Assembly (NCBI GenBank): GCA_965267575.1
Contig: OZ254086.1
Location: forward strand, 2,464,001 to 2,528,000
Direction of reading: 5' to 3'
Length of the DNA: 64,000 nucleotides
Source of the DNA: Calditrichales bacterium
GTDB taxonomy: Bacteria; Calditrichota; Calditrichia; Calditrichales; J004
The translations under genes were made by a program, and so were the position numbers. This document shows positions 1 to 8,949 of this stretch, piece by piece; position 1 is the stretch's first letter; each line of letters begins with the position of its first letter. A model generated the notes under the pieces. The model had not been told where the DNA came from and made no database searches. It was given only the letters and a program-made list of their open reading frames with translations.

Positions 1-2
1 GC

Positions 3-326
3 GGCAATAAACAACGTGTTAAAAGTACGATTGACAAGCACCTGGATGGTCGTTTTGACGCGCTGGTAAGCTTTGATGACGTTGAAAACGGCAAACCCCA
101 CCCTGAGCCCTTTTTGCGTGGCGCGGAAAAGCTGGGTCTGCCGGCTTCCGAATGTATTGTAATTGAAAACGCGCCGCTGGGCATCCGCTCGGCCCGGGAT
201 GCCGGATGCCACGTGATCGCCATTACGACGACACTGCCCGCCGAAGAGCTAGACGGCGCCCATACGATAGTAAATGATTTCCGCCAGGCTGAAGAAATTT
301 TGCAAAAACTGCTGGCGTTCAGCTGA
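3..326 (+). CDS. HAD-superfamily hydrolase (beta-phosphoglucomutase-like), 5'-truncated by the window edge
   Basis: Frame is open from position 3 and reads GKPHPEPFL...CIVIENAPLGIRSARDAG (HAD motifs III/IV). Confidence 0.85.
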   Translation, partial: GNKQRVKSTIDKHLDGRFDALVSFDDVENGKPHPEPFLRGAEKLGLPASECIVIENAPLGIRSARDAGCHVIAITTTLPAEELDGAHTIVNDFRQAEEILQKLLAFS

Positions 327-343
327 ATAATTAAGGATTAAAA

Positions 344-709
344 ATGTACAAACTTTCAACCCGAACCATGATTAGCGCGGCCCATGTGCTGCGTGACTAT
401 GACGGCCCCTGTTCGCGCCTGCATGGCCACAACTGGACCGTTAAGGTGGATGTGCTGGCCGAACAACTTAACAAAGTGGGGCTGGCCATCGATTTTAAGG
501 ATATTGACCTCATCGTGCAGAAGGTGGTGGGCCGATTTGATCATCAGAATTTTAACGAGATCGCGCCTTTTGACAAAATCAATCCCACGGCCGAAAATAT
601 CGCGCGTTACTTTTACCATGAGATAAAGGCGCATTTGCCGGAAGCCATCCGGCTGGATAAAGTAAGTATCTGGGAGACGGAGAATTACCTTGTCGAGTAC
701 TTCGAATAA
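344..709 (+). CDS. queD: 6-carboxy-5,6,7,8-tetrahydropterin synthase
   Basis: AAH...C.RLHGHNW, DF, DH..N, PTAENIA and WET motifs; first gene of the que cluster. Confidence 0.93.
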   Translation: MYKLSTRTMISAAHVLRDYDGPCSRLHGHNWTVKVDVLAEQLNKVGLAIDFKDIDLIVQKVVGRFDHQNFNEIAPFDKINPTAENIARYFYHEIKAHLPEAIRLDKVSIWETENYLVEYFE

Positions 710-1358
710 GAAAAAAGACGCGCTGCGCATCAACGAGATTTTTTACAGTATCCAGGGCGAATCGACATGGGCCGGCAGCCCCTGCGTGTTTGTGCGCCTG
801 ACCTACTGCAATTTGCGTTGCCGCTGGTGTGACACGGAATATTCGTTCTACGAAGGCGATTGGCGCAGCTTTGATGACATCATCGGCGAGGTGAAAAGCT
901 ACGGCTGCAAGCTGGTGGAGGTGACCGGCGGTGAGCCGCTGGTACAGCAAAATGTGCTGCCGTTTATGCAACGCCTGTGCGATGAAGGTTTTACCGTGCT
1001 GCTGGAAACCGGCGGTCATATGGACCTCTCCGCGGTGGATGAGCGTGTCGGGCGCATCATCGATGTAAAGTGTCCCGGCAGTGGCGAGTCCGAAAAAATG
1101 TACTGGCCCAACCTGCAAAATATCAGGCCGGCCGACCAGGTCAAATTCGTTATCGCGGACCGCCCTGATTTTGACTATGCCCTGAATGTAATCAACAAAT
1201 ACGACCTTGCGACGCGCACAACAGCGCTGCTTTCCCCGGTGTTTGGCGAACTGCAGCCCGTGGAGCTGGCGCAATGGATTCTTGAATCAAAGCTGCCCCT
1301 GCGCATGCAACTGCAAATGCACAAATTTATCTGGGAGCCCGACACACGCGGCGTGTAG
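690..1358 (+). CDS. queE: 7-carboxy-7-deazaguanine synthase (radical SAM)
   Basis: EIFYSIQGE, CNLRCRWCDT (CxxxCxxC), TGGEP, ETGG and QMHKFIW motifs. Confidence 0.95.
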   Translation: MSSTSNKKKDALRINEIFYSIQGESTWAGSPCVFVRLTYCNLRCRWCDTEYSFYEGDWRSFDDIIGEVKSYGCKLVEVTGGEPLVQQNVLPFMQRLCDEGFTVLLETGGHMDLSAVDERVGRIIDVKCPGSGESEKMYWPNLQNIRPADQVKFVIADRPDFDYALNVINKYDLATRTTALLSPVFGELQPVELAQWILESKLPLRMQLQMHKFIWEPDTRGV

Positions 1359-1394
1359 GGAAACTGTTAAAATTCGGAGCGCGATACTCTCAGG

Positions 1395-1421
1395 TGTCAT
1401 TCTGAACGAAGTAAAGAATCC
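1395..1421 (+). repeat. Short REP-like palindromic element (TGTCATTCTGAACGAAGTAAAGAATCC)
   Basis: Lies between queE and queF and resembles the widespread GTCATTCTGAGCGAAGCGAAGAATC-type dispersed repeat; single copy in the window. Confidence 0.5.
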
Positions 1422-1472
1422 TTATGTTTTGTATTGAGGCTTTAAAAGGGAATAAAAAAAGCGGAGAAAAAA

Positions 1473-1826
1473 ATGTCCAAAATTGAAGTTTTTGAAAACA
1501 AATATCCCGATCGTGACTATTACATCACGCACGTCAATGAAGAATTCACGTCGGTTTGTCCCAAGACAGGCCTGCCCGATTTTGGCACCATTACCATCGA
1601 TTACATTCCGGACAAGCTGTGCCTGGAACTGAAGTCGCTGAAATACTACTTCCTGGAATTCCGCAACGAAGGCATTTTTTACGAGCAGGTGACCAATAAA
1701 ATCCTCGATGACCTGGTGGCGGCCTGCAATCCGCGCTTTATGTCCATTACCGGCGAATTCAGTGTACGCGGCGGAATGCACTCCACGGTGGTGGCCGAAT
1801 ACCACGGCAAGGACAAAGAGGCGTGA
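1473..1826 (+). CDS. queF: NADPH-dependent preQ0 reductase, short (unimodular) type
   Basis: EFTSVCPKTGLPDFG, ELKSLKYY and RGG motifs. Confidence 0.93.
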   Translation: MSKIEVFENKYPDRDYYITHVNEEFTSVCPKTGLPDFGTITIDYIPDKLCLELKSLKYYFLEFRNEGIFYEQVTNKILDDLVAACNPRFMSITGEFSVRGGMHSTVVAEYHGKDKEA

Positions 1827-2512
1827 AGCCGGCGGCGGTTGTTTTAGTAAGCGGGGGCATGGATAGTTGTGTCAGCGCGGCCATTGCGGCGCAATCGCAC
1901 GAGCCGGCCTTTCTGCATTTGAATTACGGGCAGAAAACGGAGCGCCGTGAGTTGAGGGCGTTTCATGATATCGCCTCCTATTATGCTGTACCCGAAGACC
2001 GTCGGCTGGTGGTGGACATGCGTCACTTCAGCGTGATCGGTGGCAGCAGCCTTACCGACAGCGGCATGCCCGTCAGCAAAGCGGACCTGACCAATAAGGA
2101 AATCCCCAGCAGCTACGTGCCGTTCCGTAATGCCAATATTTTGTCGATTGCGGTAAGCTACGCGGAAGTTATCGGCGCCAAAGCGATTTTTATCGGGGCG
2201 GTGGAGGAAGATTCATCGGGGTACCCCGACTGCCGGGAGAGTTTTTTCAAAGCTTTTAACCGTGTGATTGATGAGGGCACCAAACCGGATACACACATCG
2301 ATATCATCACGCCGTTAATACATATGAATAAAAAGCAGATTGTTGAACGCGGGATAGCGCTGAAAGCGCCGCTGGATAAAACCTGGTCCTGCTACCAGAA
2401 TGAAGAAGAGGCCTGTGGTGTGTGCGACAGTTGCGCGTTGCGTCTGCGCGGATTCCGCCAGGCCGGCCAGGAAGACCCGCTGCCTTACGTTACCCGCCCG
2501 GACTATTCGTAG
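1823..2512 (+). CDS. queC: 7-cyano-7-deazaguanine synthase
   Basis: SGGMDS, YVPFRN, YPDCR and TWSCY...CGVCDSC motifs; GTGA overlap with queF. Confidence 0.95.
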   Translation: MKPAAVVLVSGGMDSCVSAAIAAQSHEPAFLHLNYGQKTERRELRAFHDIASYYAVPEDRRLVVDMRHFSVIGGSSLTDSGMPVSKADLTNKEIPSSYVPFRNANILSIAVSYAEVIGAKAIFIGAVEEDSSGYPDCRESFFKAFNRVIDEGTKPDTHIDIITPLIHMNKKQIVERGIALKAPLDKTWSCYQNEEEACGVCDSCALRLRGFRQAGQEDPLPYVTRPDYS

Positions 2513-3207
2513 ATATCAATATCCCTGAACAGGTATTCCAGATCCTGCAGCCTTTTCTCGATGGAGAAGGGCAACTCCTTGGCAAATACATCCAGAACCA
2601 CAAGCGCGTTGAGGTTGGCGTCCTTGTCGACGGCGGAACGCATACGCGCGGCCATGCCCTGGTTTACGACCTGAATGCTGTTATAAATATCAGTGAGGTT
2701 GGACATATCCCAGTCCGGCTCTTTGCCGGCTTTGAGCTTGAAGTATTGCCCCAACAGGTAGCTGCTGGCGGAGCGGAAGACGGTCTCTTCGATGCTGGCG
2801 AAGGGGAGGTGAAAACGGACCATCGGGCGCAACGGCGCCATTACCGGGCAATCGCTGGTAACCATGAAGATGCCGAGCATTGCGCTCAGGCCGGATTGCA
2901 GCTGCGTATTCTGCGAATAATTGCGCTCGGCCGTTTCCACGATCACGTGGGCCTTTTCAAAAGAAAACATGCCGGAAAAGCGTTCGATGACCGGGCGCAG
3001 GTTGAGCGCCAGCGGACATTCCGGGTATTCCTCTTTGCTCAGCGGGCAGTTGCGGCACTGGTGGTGCTCCAGCTTCGTCCACGCCGAAGGTTCCGGGGCT
3101 TTAAAGTGCTGCAGCTTAAGCGTTTCCCTGTCCAGGTAAATTTCAAAATTTTCCTTTTTGCCGTCTTCAAAGATGAAGAAATATTTGAAATAGAGTGTAT
3201 TTTCCAT
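2503..3207 (-). CDS. Conserved hypothetical protein (DUF6901-like) with Cys cluster
   Basis: WTKL...QC.NCPL....CP and C-terminal DANLNALVVLD; likely start is MENTLYF at 3207 (ORF track extends to 3264). Confidence 0.65.
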   Translation of the reverse strand: MENTLYFKYFFIFEDGKKENFEIYLDRETLKLQHFKAPEPSAWTKLEHHQCRNCPLSKEEYPECPLALNLRPVIERFSGMFSFEKAHVIVETAERNYSQNTQLQSGLSAMLGIFMVTSDCPVMAPLRPMVRFHLPFASIEETVFRSASSYLLGQYFKLKAGKEPDWDMSNLTDIYNSIQVVNQGMAARMRSAVDKDANLNALVVLDVFAKELPFSIEKRLQDLEYLFRDIDIYE

Positions 3208-3308
3208 AAAAGCCTGTCCCTTATTATCGTAATAAACAGAGTCGCTTACCGCCGGAAGTCTCAAAACTCGGCATAAAATAATACTATTGCCAATAAAATG
3301 TTTATTTC

Positions 3309-3340
3309 AAAAAAAGGAGCAAGGGGTTGGCCCTTGCTCC
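3309..3340 (-). terminator. Rho-independent terminator of the secreted-protein gene
   Basis: GGAGCAAGGG-5 nt-CCCTTGCTCC stem preceded by an A7 run (U-tract on the minus strand). Confidence 0.75.
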
Positions 3341-3378
3341 CTGTATAGAGCGAAATATTCCGTTGCTGTATTTTTCGC

Positions 3379-5676
3379 TTATTTGATCAACAGCATCTTG
3401 CGTACATCCACGTCAACACCGTTAACCATAAGGCGGACAAACAGCATACCGCTGCTGTGGGTAGTACCGTTGTAGGTGGCGCTGTAGTCCCCGGGAGCCA
3501 TGCGGCTGTCTACCAGCGTTTGCAGCTTGCGCCCGCTAACATCATAGACCTCCAGCACGATGTGCGCTTCTTTGGCCACGCTGTAGGTTATCGTCGTTTG
3601 CGGGTTAAACGGGTTGGGGTAGTTTTGCTTTAACGTAAACGATTGCGGCGTTGCCCTGTGCAGCTCATCTTCATCGAGGCCGGTGGGCTGCTCAACAAGC
3701 AGCATGCGCTTTACATATTTTTCTTCTGCATTATTGGCATCCACATGGATGGAGTAGAAGTACGCATCCTGACTTTGACCGGCATTGGTGAGGGCGGCAA
3801 TCTGGCCGTCGCCTTGCGGAATGCTGTCCACGTGCACCGTCCATGTGTGCGAAACGGAGGTGTTGCCGGGGATGCCACCGTAAACGACGCTGGAATCGTT
3901 CTTGCCGTCCACAGATAAACCGGCCGGCAGGTACAACGTGCTGAAACTGCTGTCCGCGGCCACATTGCCGTTATTAAAAATATTCACTACAACATCAAAA
4001 TATTCCGGTTCTACCACATCGCCATCGGCCTTAACGCTGGTGGGCGCTTCCACAACGGTAACAAGCGGCGGCAGCAGATCCATATTGGGAACGATGAAAC
4101 GGAAGGACGTATTGTTGGAGCTGTTGGATTCGACGATGCTGGAGGAACGGTCGATCGCCACATAAACGGCGTGGTACTCCGGCGCGTCGGGCACTGTCCA
4201 GTCCTGCATAAAGGTCACGCTTTCACCGGCCGGGATGGAATCGGCGACAAAAACCAGGCTGATCGAATAACCGGCCTGCGGATCGCCGTCGAAAAACTGC
4301 ACCGGCACGTTGTAGGCCGTTTCAAAACCGACGTTGGTGATCTCGGCCGAAACCTTGATCGGATCGCCGGGGTTACGCTCGGCGGAATCAGGATCGAAGG
4401 TGATATCGGCGGAAGAGATGGAAAGATCGGGCAGGGCCAGCGCGAAGTTCAGCGGCATGAAGTCGGCGCCAAAACCACCATTGGTGGAGGTGATGATCGA
4501 GACGTTCTCACTGCTGTTCACTTCATAGATCGCTTTGGTGGACGCCAGCCTGTGATGACCGCCGGCGGGCAGCACGTCATTGTAGACGGTATCGCCCGTT
4601 GCAGTGTTTGTAATAAGGATCTGGTTGTTGTTCTCAAAGGAGAAAATATCAAAATCGCCGCCGATGACCGGTGTATAAAAATGGGTGCCCAGACCCAAAC
4701 CCGATTCGTCGATCTGGCGGGCCATGTAATAATAGTTGCCCGTCCATGCCGCGTAAGGCGTGTTGCAGACGGTCACGGGTTTATCGGTCATAACTTCCCA
4801 GTAAGTATCACCATAAATGGAAACGGAAGCGGCTTCACCGGCGGAAATGACGCCCTGGTCCAGCGTATCACCGCTGACCTTGTCGGTAATCAGGTAATTG
4901 GTGGAATCGTTGTAGGCGGTAACGATTACGCCATTGGCCCAGCTGCCCACGTAGCCGGAGAATCCGTAGAAATGCGAGCCGCTGAAGGTGCCGTTTGTGG
5001 CCGGGATAAAGTAGCCCTGGTCGGCATAGCTGAGCGCGGAAACCGGCTTGTTAGCGGTAACACCCAAAAATTTACTGAATTGATTGTCCAGCACCATGTG
5101 TTCGCCTTTGTTGAGAATACCGGCGGCCACCGTAGAGGTATCGGTAAGGCTTTTCACGGTCACTTCGGTACCGTCGTTATAGGCGAAGACGATAAAGTGC
5201 TCGCCGCCCCAGTAAGAGGCCGGCATAAACGTGTTAAGGCGCGTGGAAACGGGACTGCCCGATTCGTCCACGGCAAAAAATCCCATTACGCTCTGCGATA
5301 CCGGGTCGCCGATAAGCAGCGAAAAAGAGTTGTTGCCTTCAATGCGGTAGATACCGGCGCCGGGAGAAAAAGAGTGAAACTGGTTGGCATCGAGATAGAC
5401 CGTATCCAGCGGCACGCTGTCCTGGCTGATGAGATAAAAAACGGACTCGTTAAAGTAGCTGAAAAGCACGATATCCTGGAATGTGTACGTCGTTGTGGCA
5501 AAAACGAATGTATCATCCAGGAAAGATGTAGCGACGCGCGGCGGTTGTGCCGGCATCATGGCTTGTGGCTCAAATTGCGGCTGCTGTCCGGGCGCCGCAC
5601 CGGGAGCGTTTTGGGAATAAAGGCCGGAAAGAGAAAAAAGCAGGGTTATTAGGATTGTAAAAAAGCGCATTTGCAC
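3379..5676 (-). CDS. Secreted surface protein with IgGFc-binding-like repeats, CARDB domain and T9SS/FlgD-type C-terminal sorting domain
   Basis: Signal peptide; PDLSISSADITF...ESNSSNN (CARDB); C-terminal LKQNYPNPFNP...RKMLLIK. The start may be the ATG at 5670 given RBS spacing. Confidence 0.8.
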   Translation of the reverse strand: MQMRFFTILITLLFSLSGLYSQNAPGAAPGQQPQFEPQAMMPAQPPRVATSFLDDTFVFATTTYTFQDIVLFSYFNESVFYLISQDSVPLDTVYLDANQFHSFSPGAGIYRIEGNNSFSLLIGDPVSQSVMGFFAVDESGSPVSTRLNTFMPASYWGGEHFIVFAYNDGTEVTVKSLTDTSTVAAGILNKGEHMVLDNQFSKFLGVTANKPVSALSYADQGYFIPATNGTFSGSHFYGFSGYVGSWANGVIVTAYNDSTNYLITDKVSGDTLDQGVISAGEAASVSIYGDTYWEVMTDKPVTVCNTPYAAWTGNYYYMARQIDESGLGLGTHFYTPVIGGDFDIFSFENNNQILITNTATGDTVYNDVLPAGGHHRLASTKAIYEVNSSENVSIITSTNGGFGADFMPLNFALALPDLSISSADITFDPDSAERNPGDPIKVSAEITNVGFETAYNVPVQFFDGDPQAGYSISLVFVADSIPAGESVTFMQDWTVPDAPEYHAVYVAIDRSSSIVESNSSNNTSFRFIVPNMDLLPPLVTVVEAPTSVKADGDVVEPEYFDVVVNIFNNGNVAADSSFSTLYLPAGLSVDGKNDSSVVYGGIPGNTSVSHTWTVHVDSIPQGDGQIAALTNAGQSQDAYFYSIHVDANNAEEKYVKRMLLVEQPTGLDEDELHRATPQSFTLKQNYPNPFNPQTTITYSVAKEAHIVLEVYDVSGRKLQTLVDSRMAPGDYSATYNGTTHSSGMLFVRLMVNGVDVDVRKMLLIK

Positions 5677-5781
5677 CTCCTGTGTTTGACTAAAATCCTT
5701 GAGGTATATTTCGGAATTAATACGGCGCTTTTTAGGGGAAATGTTTTTGCGGCTGTCTTTTGTGATACAGAACAGGCAAGG

Positions 5782-5970
5782 TCAGTCTTTTTGCGCTCCC
5801 GAGATATTAAAGCGCTTGAGGAAAAGCGCTTCCGACTCCACGGTACTGATCATTATCATTTCGCTGTTTTCGGCAAGCTGCGTGCCGGCTTTGGGGTTGA
5901 TCTCCTTGGTGCCGTTTTTGCGTAGGCCGATGATGCTGCAGCCGGTCTGTCTGCGGAAGTCGGTTTGGGC
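5782..5970 (-). pseudogene. 3' remnant of a TrkA-C (RCK-C) domain gene
   Basis: Minus strand reads AQTDFRRQTGCSIIGLRKNGTKEINPKAGTQLAENSEMIMISTVESEALFLKRF...stop, with no start; it abuts the switch to AT-rich DNA near 5971. Confidence 0.65.
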
Positions 5971-6231
5971 GTAAGCTATTAGATTTATCCCTAAACATTT
6001 GTTTTTTAATACTCTGCGGATAGTTTCTGAGTATTGCCAGGAGGGGTGATAAAACCGGGTGTCGCAGGTTTAAGTCAAAATAGAATTGTCTTAGGGTAAA
6101 TGTGACGGTTATATTATGAAAGCTAAAACAACGCTAATAAACCAAGTATATAATGTGCATAATTAGGAATGTTATAACATGGATTTTAGTACGTCTAATA
6201 CTTGTTATTGTTTTTTAATAGGAGATTTGAA

Positions 6232-7314
6232 ATGAAAAAAGTAATATTTTTACTAATTATAACTCTATCAGCTTGCTCTGAGAAGTCATCAGAACCTAAA
6301 AATTTATATACAGTTTCAGGGATCATTTATCAGAATGGGCAACCAAGCATCAATACTGTTGTTTCCATTGATGATAAATTAAATTTATCGACCACGACAA
6401 ATGAGAATGGTGAATTTTCTATTGGTAATGTTCCTGAAGGAGATAGATTATTTAAAACTTCAAAAACCTATGTTGATGGAAGTTTTGTTGAGAATACTTC
6501 AAACATTAGTGTAAATAATGACATTGAATTGAATTCACTTATTCTTCCAAATCCAACAAAACTAAATGACGTTAACGTTAAAACAGATAACTCGATAACA
6601 CTAACATGGTCACCTTCCAATGCATTAGATTTCAGGGAATATAAAATATACCGCAATTCAACACCTGGATTAGATGAGCAGACGGGTACTTTAGTTTATG
6701 TGACTATTGATAAAAATGACACTTCGTTTGTGGACGAAAATCTGGATGCCTTAGAGACATATTACTATCGTGTATTTGTAATGAATGAGTTTAGCCGCCT
6801 TGGTGGCAGTAATATTGTGTCAGCTACAACAAATAATAAAAATTATATCTGGAATGGTGATTTTGAATTGCAGGAGAATCCTTTAGTTTGGTGGAATAGT
6901 TATAATTTTGGTCAAATCCAAATTACAGATAGCATTAAGATTTCTGGTAACTATTCTTTACTGTTAAAATCTGAACAATCAAGTGTAGGTCATCTTCTCT
7001 CTGATCTCTCAAAATGGGGGGCAACATTTAAATTAGTAGGAGACCGTACGTACAAAATATCCGGATGGGTTAAAACAGAAGGTGAGTATAGTGAATATGT
7101 TGGGGATTTTTGGGGTGATCAAACAACAGAAAAAGCCGGATTTTTATCTTATAGTTTTTTTGGAATATTAGGTGTTCCACCCAATTCAGATTGGACATAC
7201 TTAGAAAAAACTTTTTTTGTAAGTTCAGCTGATGTAAATAATTTTAGTTTAAGTTTACGAAGCTCATGTGAGTATACTTGGTTTGATGACTTAAAATTGG
7301 AAATAGTTGAGTAA
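6232..7314 (+). CDS. AT-rich lipoprotein with carboxypeptidase-regulatory-like, FN3 and carbohydrate-binding-like domains
   Basis: AGGAG RBS then ATG at 6232; MKKVIFLLIITLSAC lipobox; FN3 pattern LTW...Y.IYR...YYYRV; NGDFE...WFDDLKL CBM-like tail; GC far below the flanks. Confidence 0.8.
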   Translation: MKKVIFLLIITLSACSEKSSEPKNLYTVSGIIYQNGQPSINTVVSIDDKLNLSTTTNENGEFSIGNVPEGDRLFKTSKTYVDGSFVENTSNISVNNDIELNSLILPNPTKLNDVNVKTDNSITLTWSPSNALDFREYKIYRNSTPGLDEQTGTLVYVTIDKNDTSFVDENLDALETYYYRVFVMNEFSRLGGSNIVSATTNNKNYIWNGDFELQENPLVWWNSYNFGQIQITDSIKISGNYSLLLKSEQSSVGHLLSDLSKWGATFKLVGDRTYKISGWVKTEGEYSEYVGDFWGDQTTEKAGFLSYSFFGILGVPPNSDWTYLEKTFFVSSADVNNFSLSLRSSCEYTWFDDLKLEIVE

Positions 7315-7319
7315 TTACA

Positions 7320-7413
7320 CAATAACAAATCATTAACGCGGAACAAAAGCTCTGAGCATGATTGGGCAGATGGTAGTTTTACTTGCCTTTGTCCGGTTAT
7401 CTCAGCGTTATAA
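7320..7413 (+). mobile_element. Integron attC recombination site
   Basis: R'' CAATAAC, 5-nt spacer, L'' ATTAACGC, then GGAACAAAAG...CTTTGTC, L' CGGTTAT, 6-nt spacer CTCAGC, R' GTTATAA; arms pair with extrahelical bases; lies 5 nt after a stop codon. Confidence 0.8.
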
Positions 7414-7428
7414 GCACCAAAACTCTTC

Positions 7429-7863
7429 ATGGAAATAGTACAAACAAAGCTGCAGCACCAGCATACATGGGTGGCCGTTCGCAAGCGGCTTTGGCCCGGT
7501 GATCCCGAAAATCATAAACAGGAAACGGCCGCCATTGTTGCCGCGGATTCGGAAAACGCCTTCCTGCTGATCGACGGGCAGGGGAAGGCCCACGGTTTTA
7601 TCGAAGGCAAGTACTACCACGCCAAAGGGCAAAAATACGGTCACGTGGAAGGCTGGTTTGTGGAGCCGCAGCTACGGGGGCAAGGTTTTGGCGCGCAACT
7701 GCTGGAGGCCCTCGAACACTGGTTCCTGCACCATTCCATCACCTGCTTCCATTCCGACACCATCGAAGAAGAGTATCCTTTGAGCAAACGGGCCCACATC
7801 CAAAACGGCTATGAGCCGATCTATCAGATCACTGTCCTTTTAAAAAAGGCAGGGAGGAAATAG
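7429..7863 (+). CDS. GNAT acetyltransferase, AAC(6')-I-like
   Basis: GHVEGWFVEPQLRGQGFG (motif A) and SDT...S.RAH...GYE, as in aminoglycoside 6'-N-acetyltransferase-like GNATs. Confidence 0.75.
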   Translation: MEIVQTKLQHQHTWVAVRKRLWPGDPENHKQETAAIVAADSENAFLLIDGQGKAHGFIEGKYYHAKGQKYGHVEGWFVEPQLRGQGFGAQLLEALEHWFLHHSITCFHSDTIEEEYPLSKRAHIQNGYEPIYQITVLLKKAGRK

Positions 7864-8076
7864 CCATGTGGACTTTCTGCGTGCCGTAATCATTGTTTCT
7901 GTTTATGCTTTTGGCTTGTGATGATACGGGCCGTGTTTACATCACACCTGCCCAAAAACTGCGCCGGATAAAGTGTGGTTGCATGATGGCCTTTAGATCC
8001 GCTGCCATTCTACCGTCCCGCATACGTTATTCCTTAATATATTTGCTTTTCACCCGATCATGAGCAATAGAATTTT

Positions 8077-8796
8077 ATGGAGCAGCGCAAGATGGCATCA
8101 GATACACAAAAGGCCGGCTTTGAAATACCGGAAACCGTTCTCAAAAAATGGCAGGATATCATCGATACGATCGCTGAATTGTTTCATGTACCTGCCGCGC
8201 TCATCATGCGTATTGTGGAAAGCGACATCGAGGTGTTTGTTTCCAGTAACAGCGCGGGCAATCCCTATAAACCGGGCGACCATGAACATTTTCTGGGGTC
8301 CGGCTTGTATTGCGAAACGGTGGTAAATAAAAACCGGAAGCTGCTGGTGCCCAACGCGCTGAAAGACGAAAAGTGGAAAAACAATCCCGATATTAAACTG
8401 AACATGATTTCCTACCTGGGCTTCCCGATCCTGCAGCCGGACGGCAAGGCCTTTGGCACCATCTGCGTGCTGGATGATAAGGAAAACGCCTACACCGAAA
8501 CCTATGAAAAGCTTCTGGCGCAGTTCCGCGATATTATTCAGAACAACCTGGAGCTGGTTTATATGAACCATGTGCTGGGAAGTGAGAACAAGCGGCTGAG
8601 CGATTATATGTCCGAGATACAGACCTTGCGGCGGATCGTTCCTCTATGCGGCCACTGCAAAAGTGTTCGCGATGATGAAGGCTATTGGCAGACTGTCGAA
8701 AGCTATATCGCGCGGCTTTCGGAAGCACAGATCAGCCACGGCATTTGTCCTGCCTGTGTAAAAAAGTATTACCCCGAACTGGATGATGTTATCTAA
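8077..8796 (+). CDS. GAF-domain protein with C-terminal Cys/His zinc-ribbon tail
   Basis: GLYCETV...SYLGFPI..PDG..FGTICVLD (GAF); PLCGHCKSVRDDEGYW...SHGICP.C tail. Confidence 0.85.
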   Translation: MEQRKMASDTQKAGFEIPETVLKKWQDIIDTIAELFHVPAALIMRIVESDIEVFVSSNSAGNPYKPGDHEHFLGSGLYCETVVNKNRKLLVPNALKDEKWKNNPDIKLNMISYLGFPILQPDGKAFGTICVLDDKENAYTETYEKLLAQFRDIIQNNLELVYMNHVLGSENKRLSDYMSEIQTLRRIVPLCGHCKSVRDDEGYWQTVESYIARLSEAQISHGICPACVKKYYPELDDVI

Positions 8797-8949
8797 GCCG
8801 GCCGCTTAAACTCACCCGTTTATTGCGCGACTGCTTCATTACCTTTCTTCCCGCCCAGGGACCCCGGTATTTTTTGATTACCTTTCTGCCTGTAATATTT
8901 TATCCCGGCCAGGGCAGTTTAATTTTCATCAGACGACAAAGGAGAGCAC

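Noticed and set aside
344..2512. Dpd-type 7-deazaguanine DNA-modification system
   Set aside because: queDEFC includes queF and has no dpdA/tgtA5 neighbour; it fits ordinary queuosine synthesis.
4171..5652. 493-aa plus-strand ORF, and similar long antisense ORFs (2422-3276, 9001-9807, 35654-36427, 54878-55699, 60539-61453, 61431-62267)
   Set aside because: Shadow frames opposite well-supported genes; no recognisable motifs.
7865..8000. Pseudogene stub after the GNAT gene
   Set aside because: One frame gives a lipobox-like LFLFMLLAC, but there is no intact start or recognisable family.
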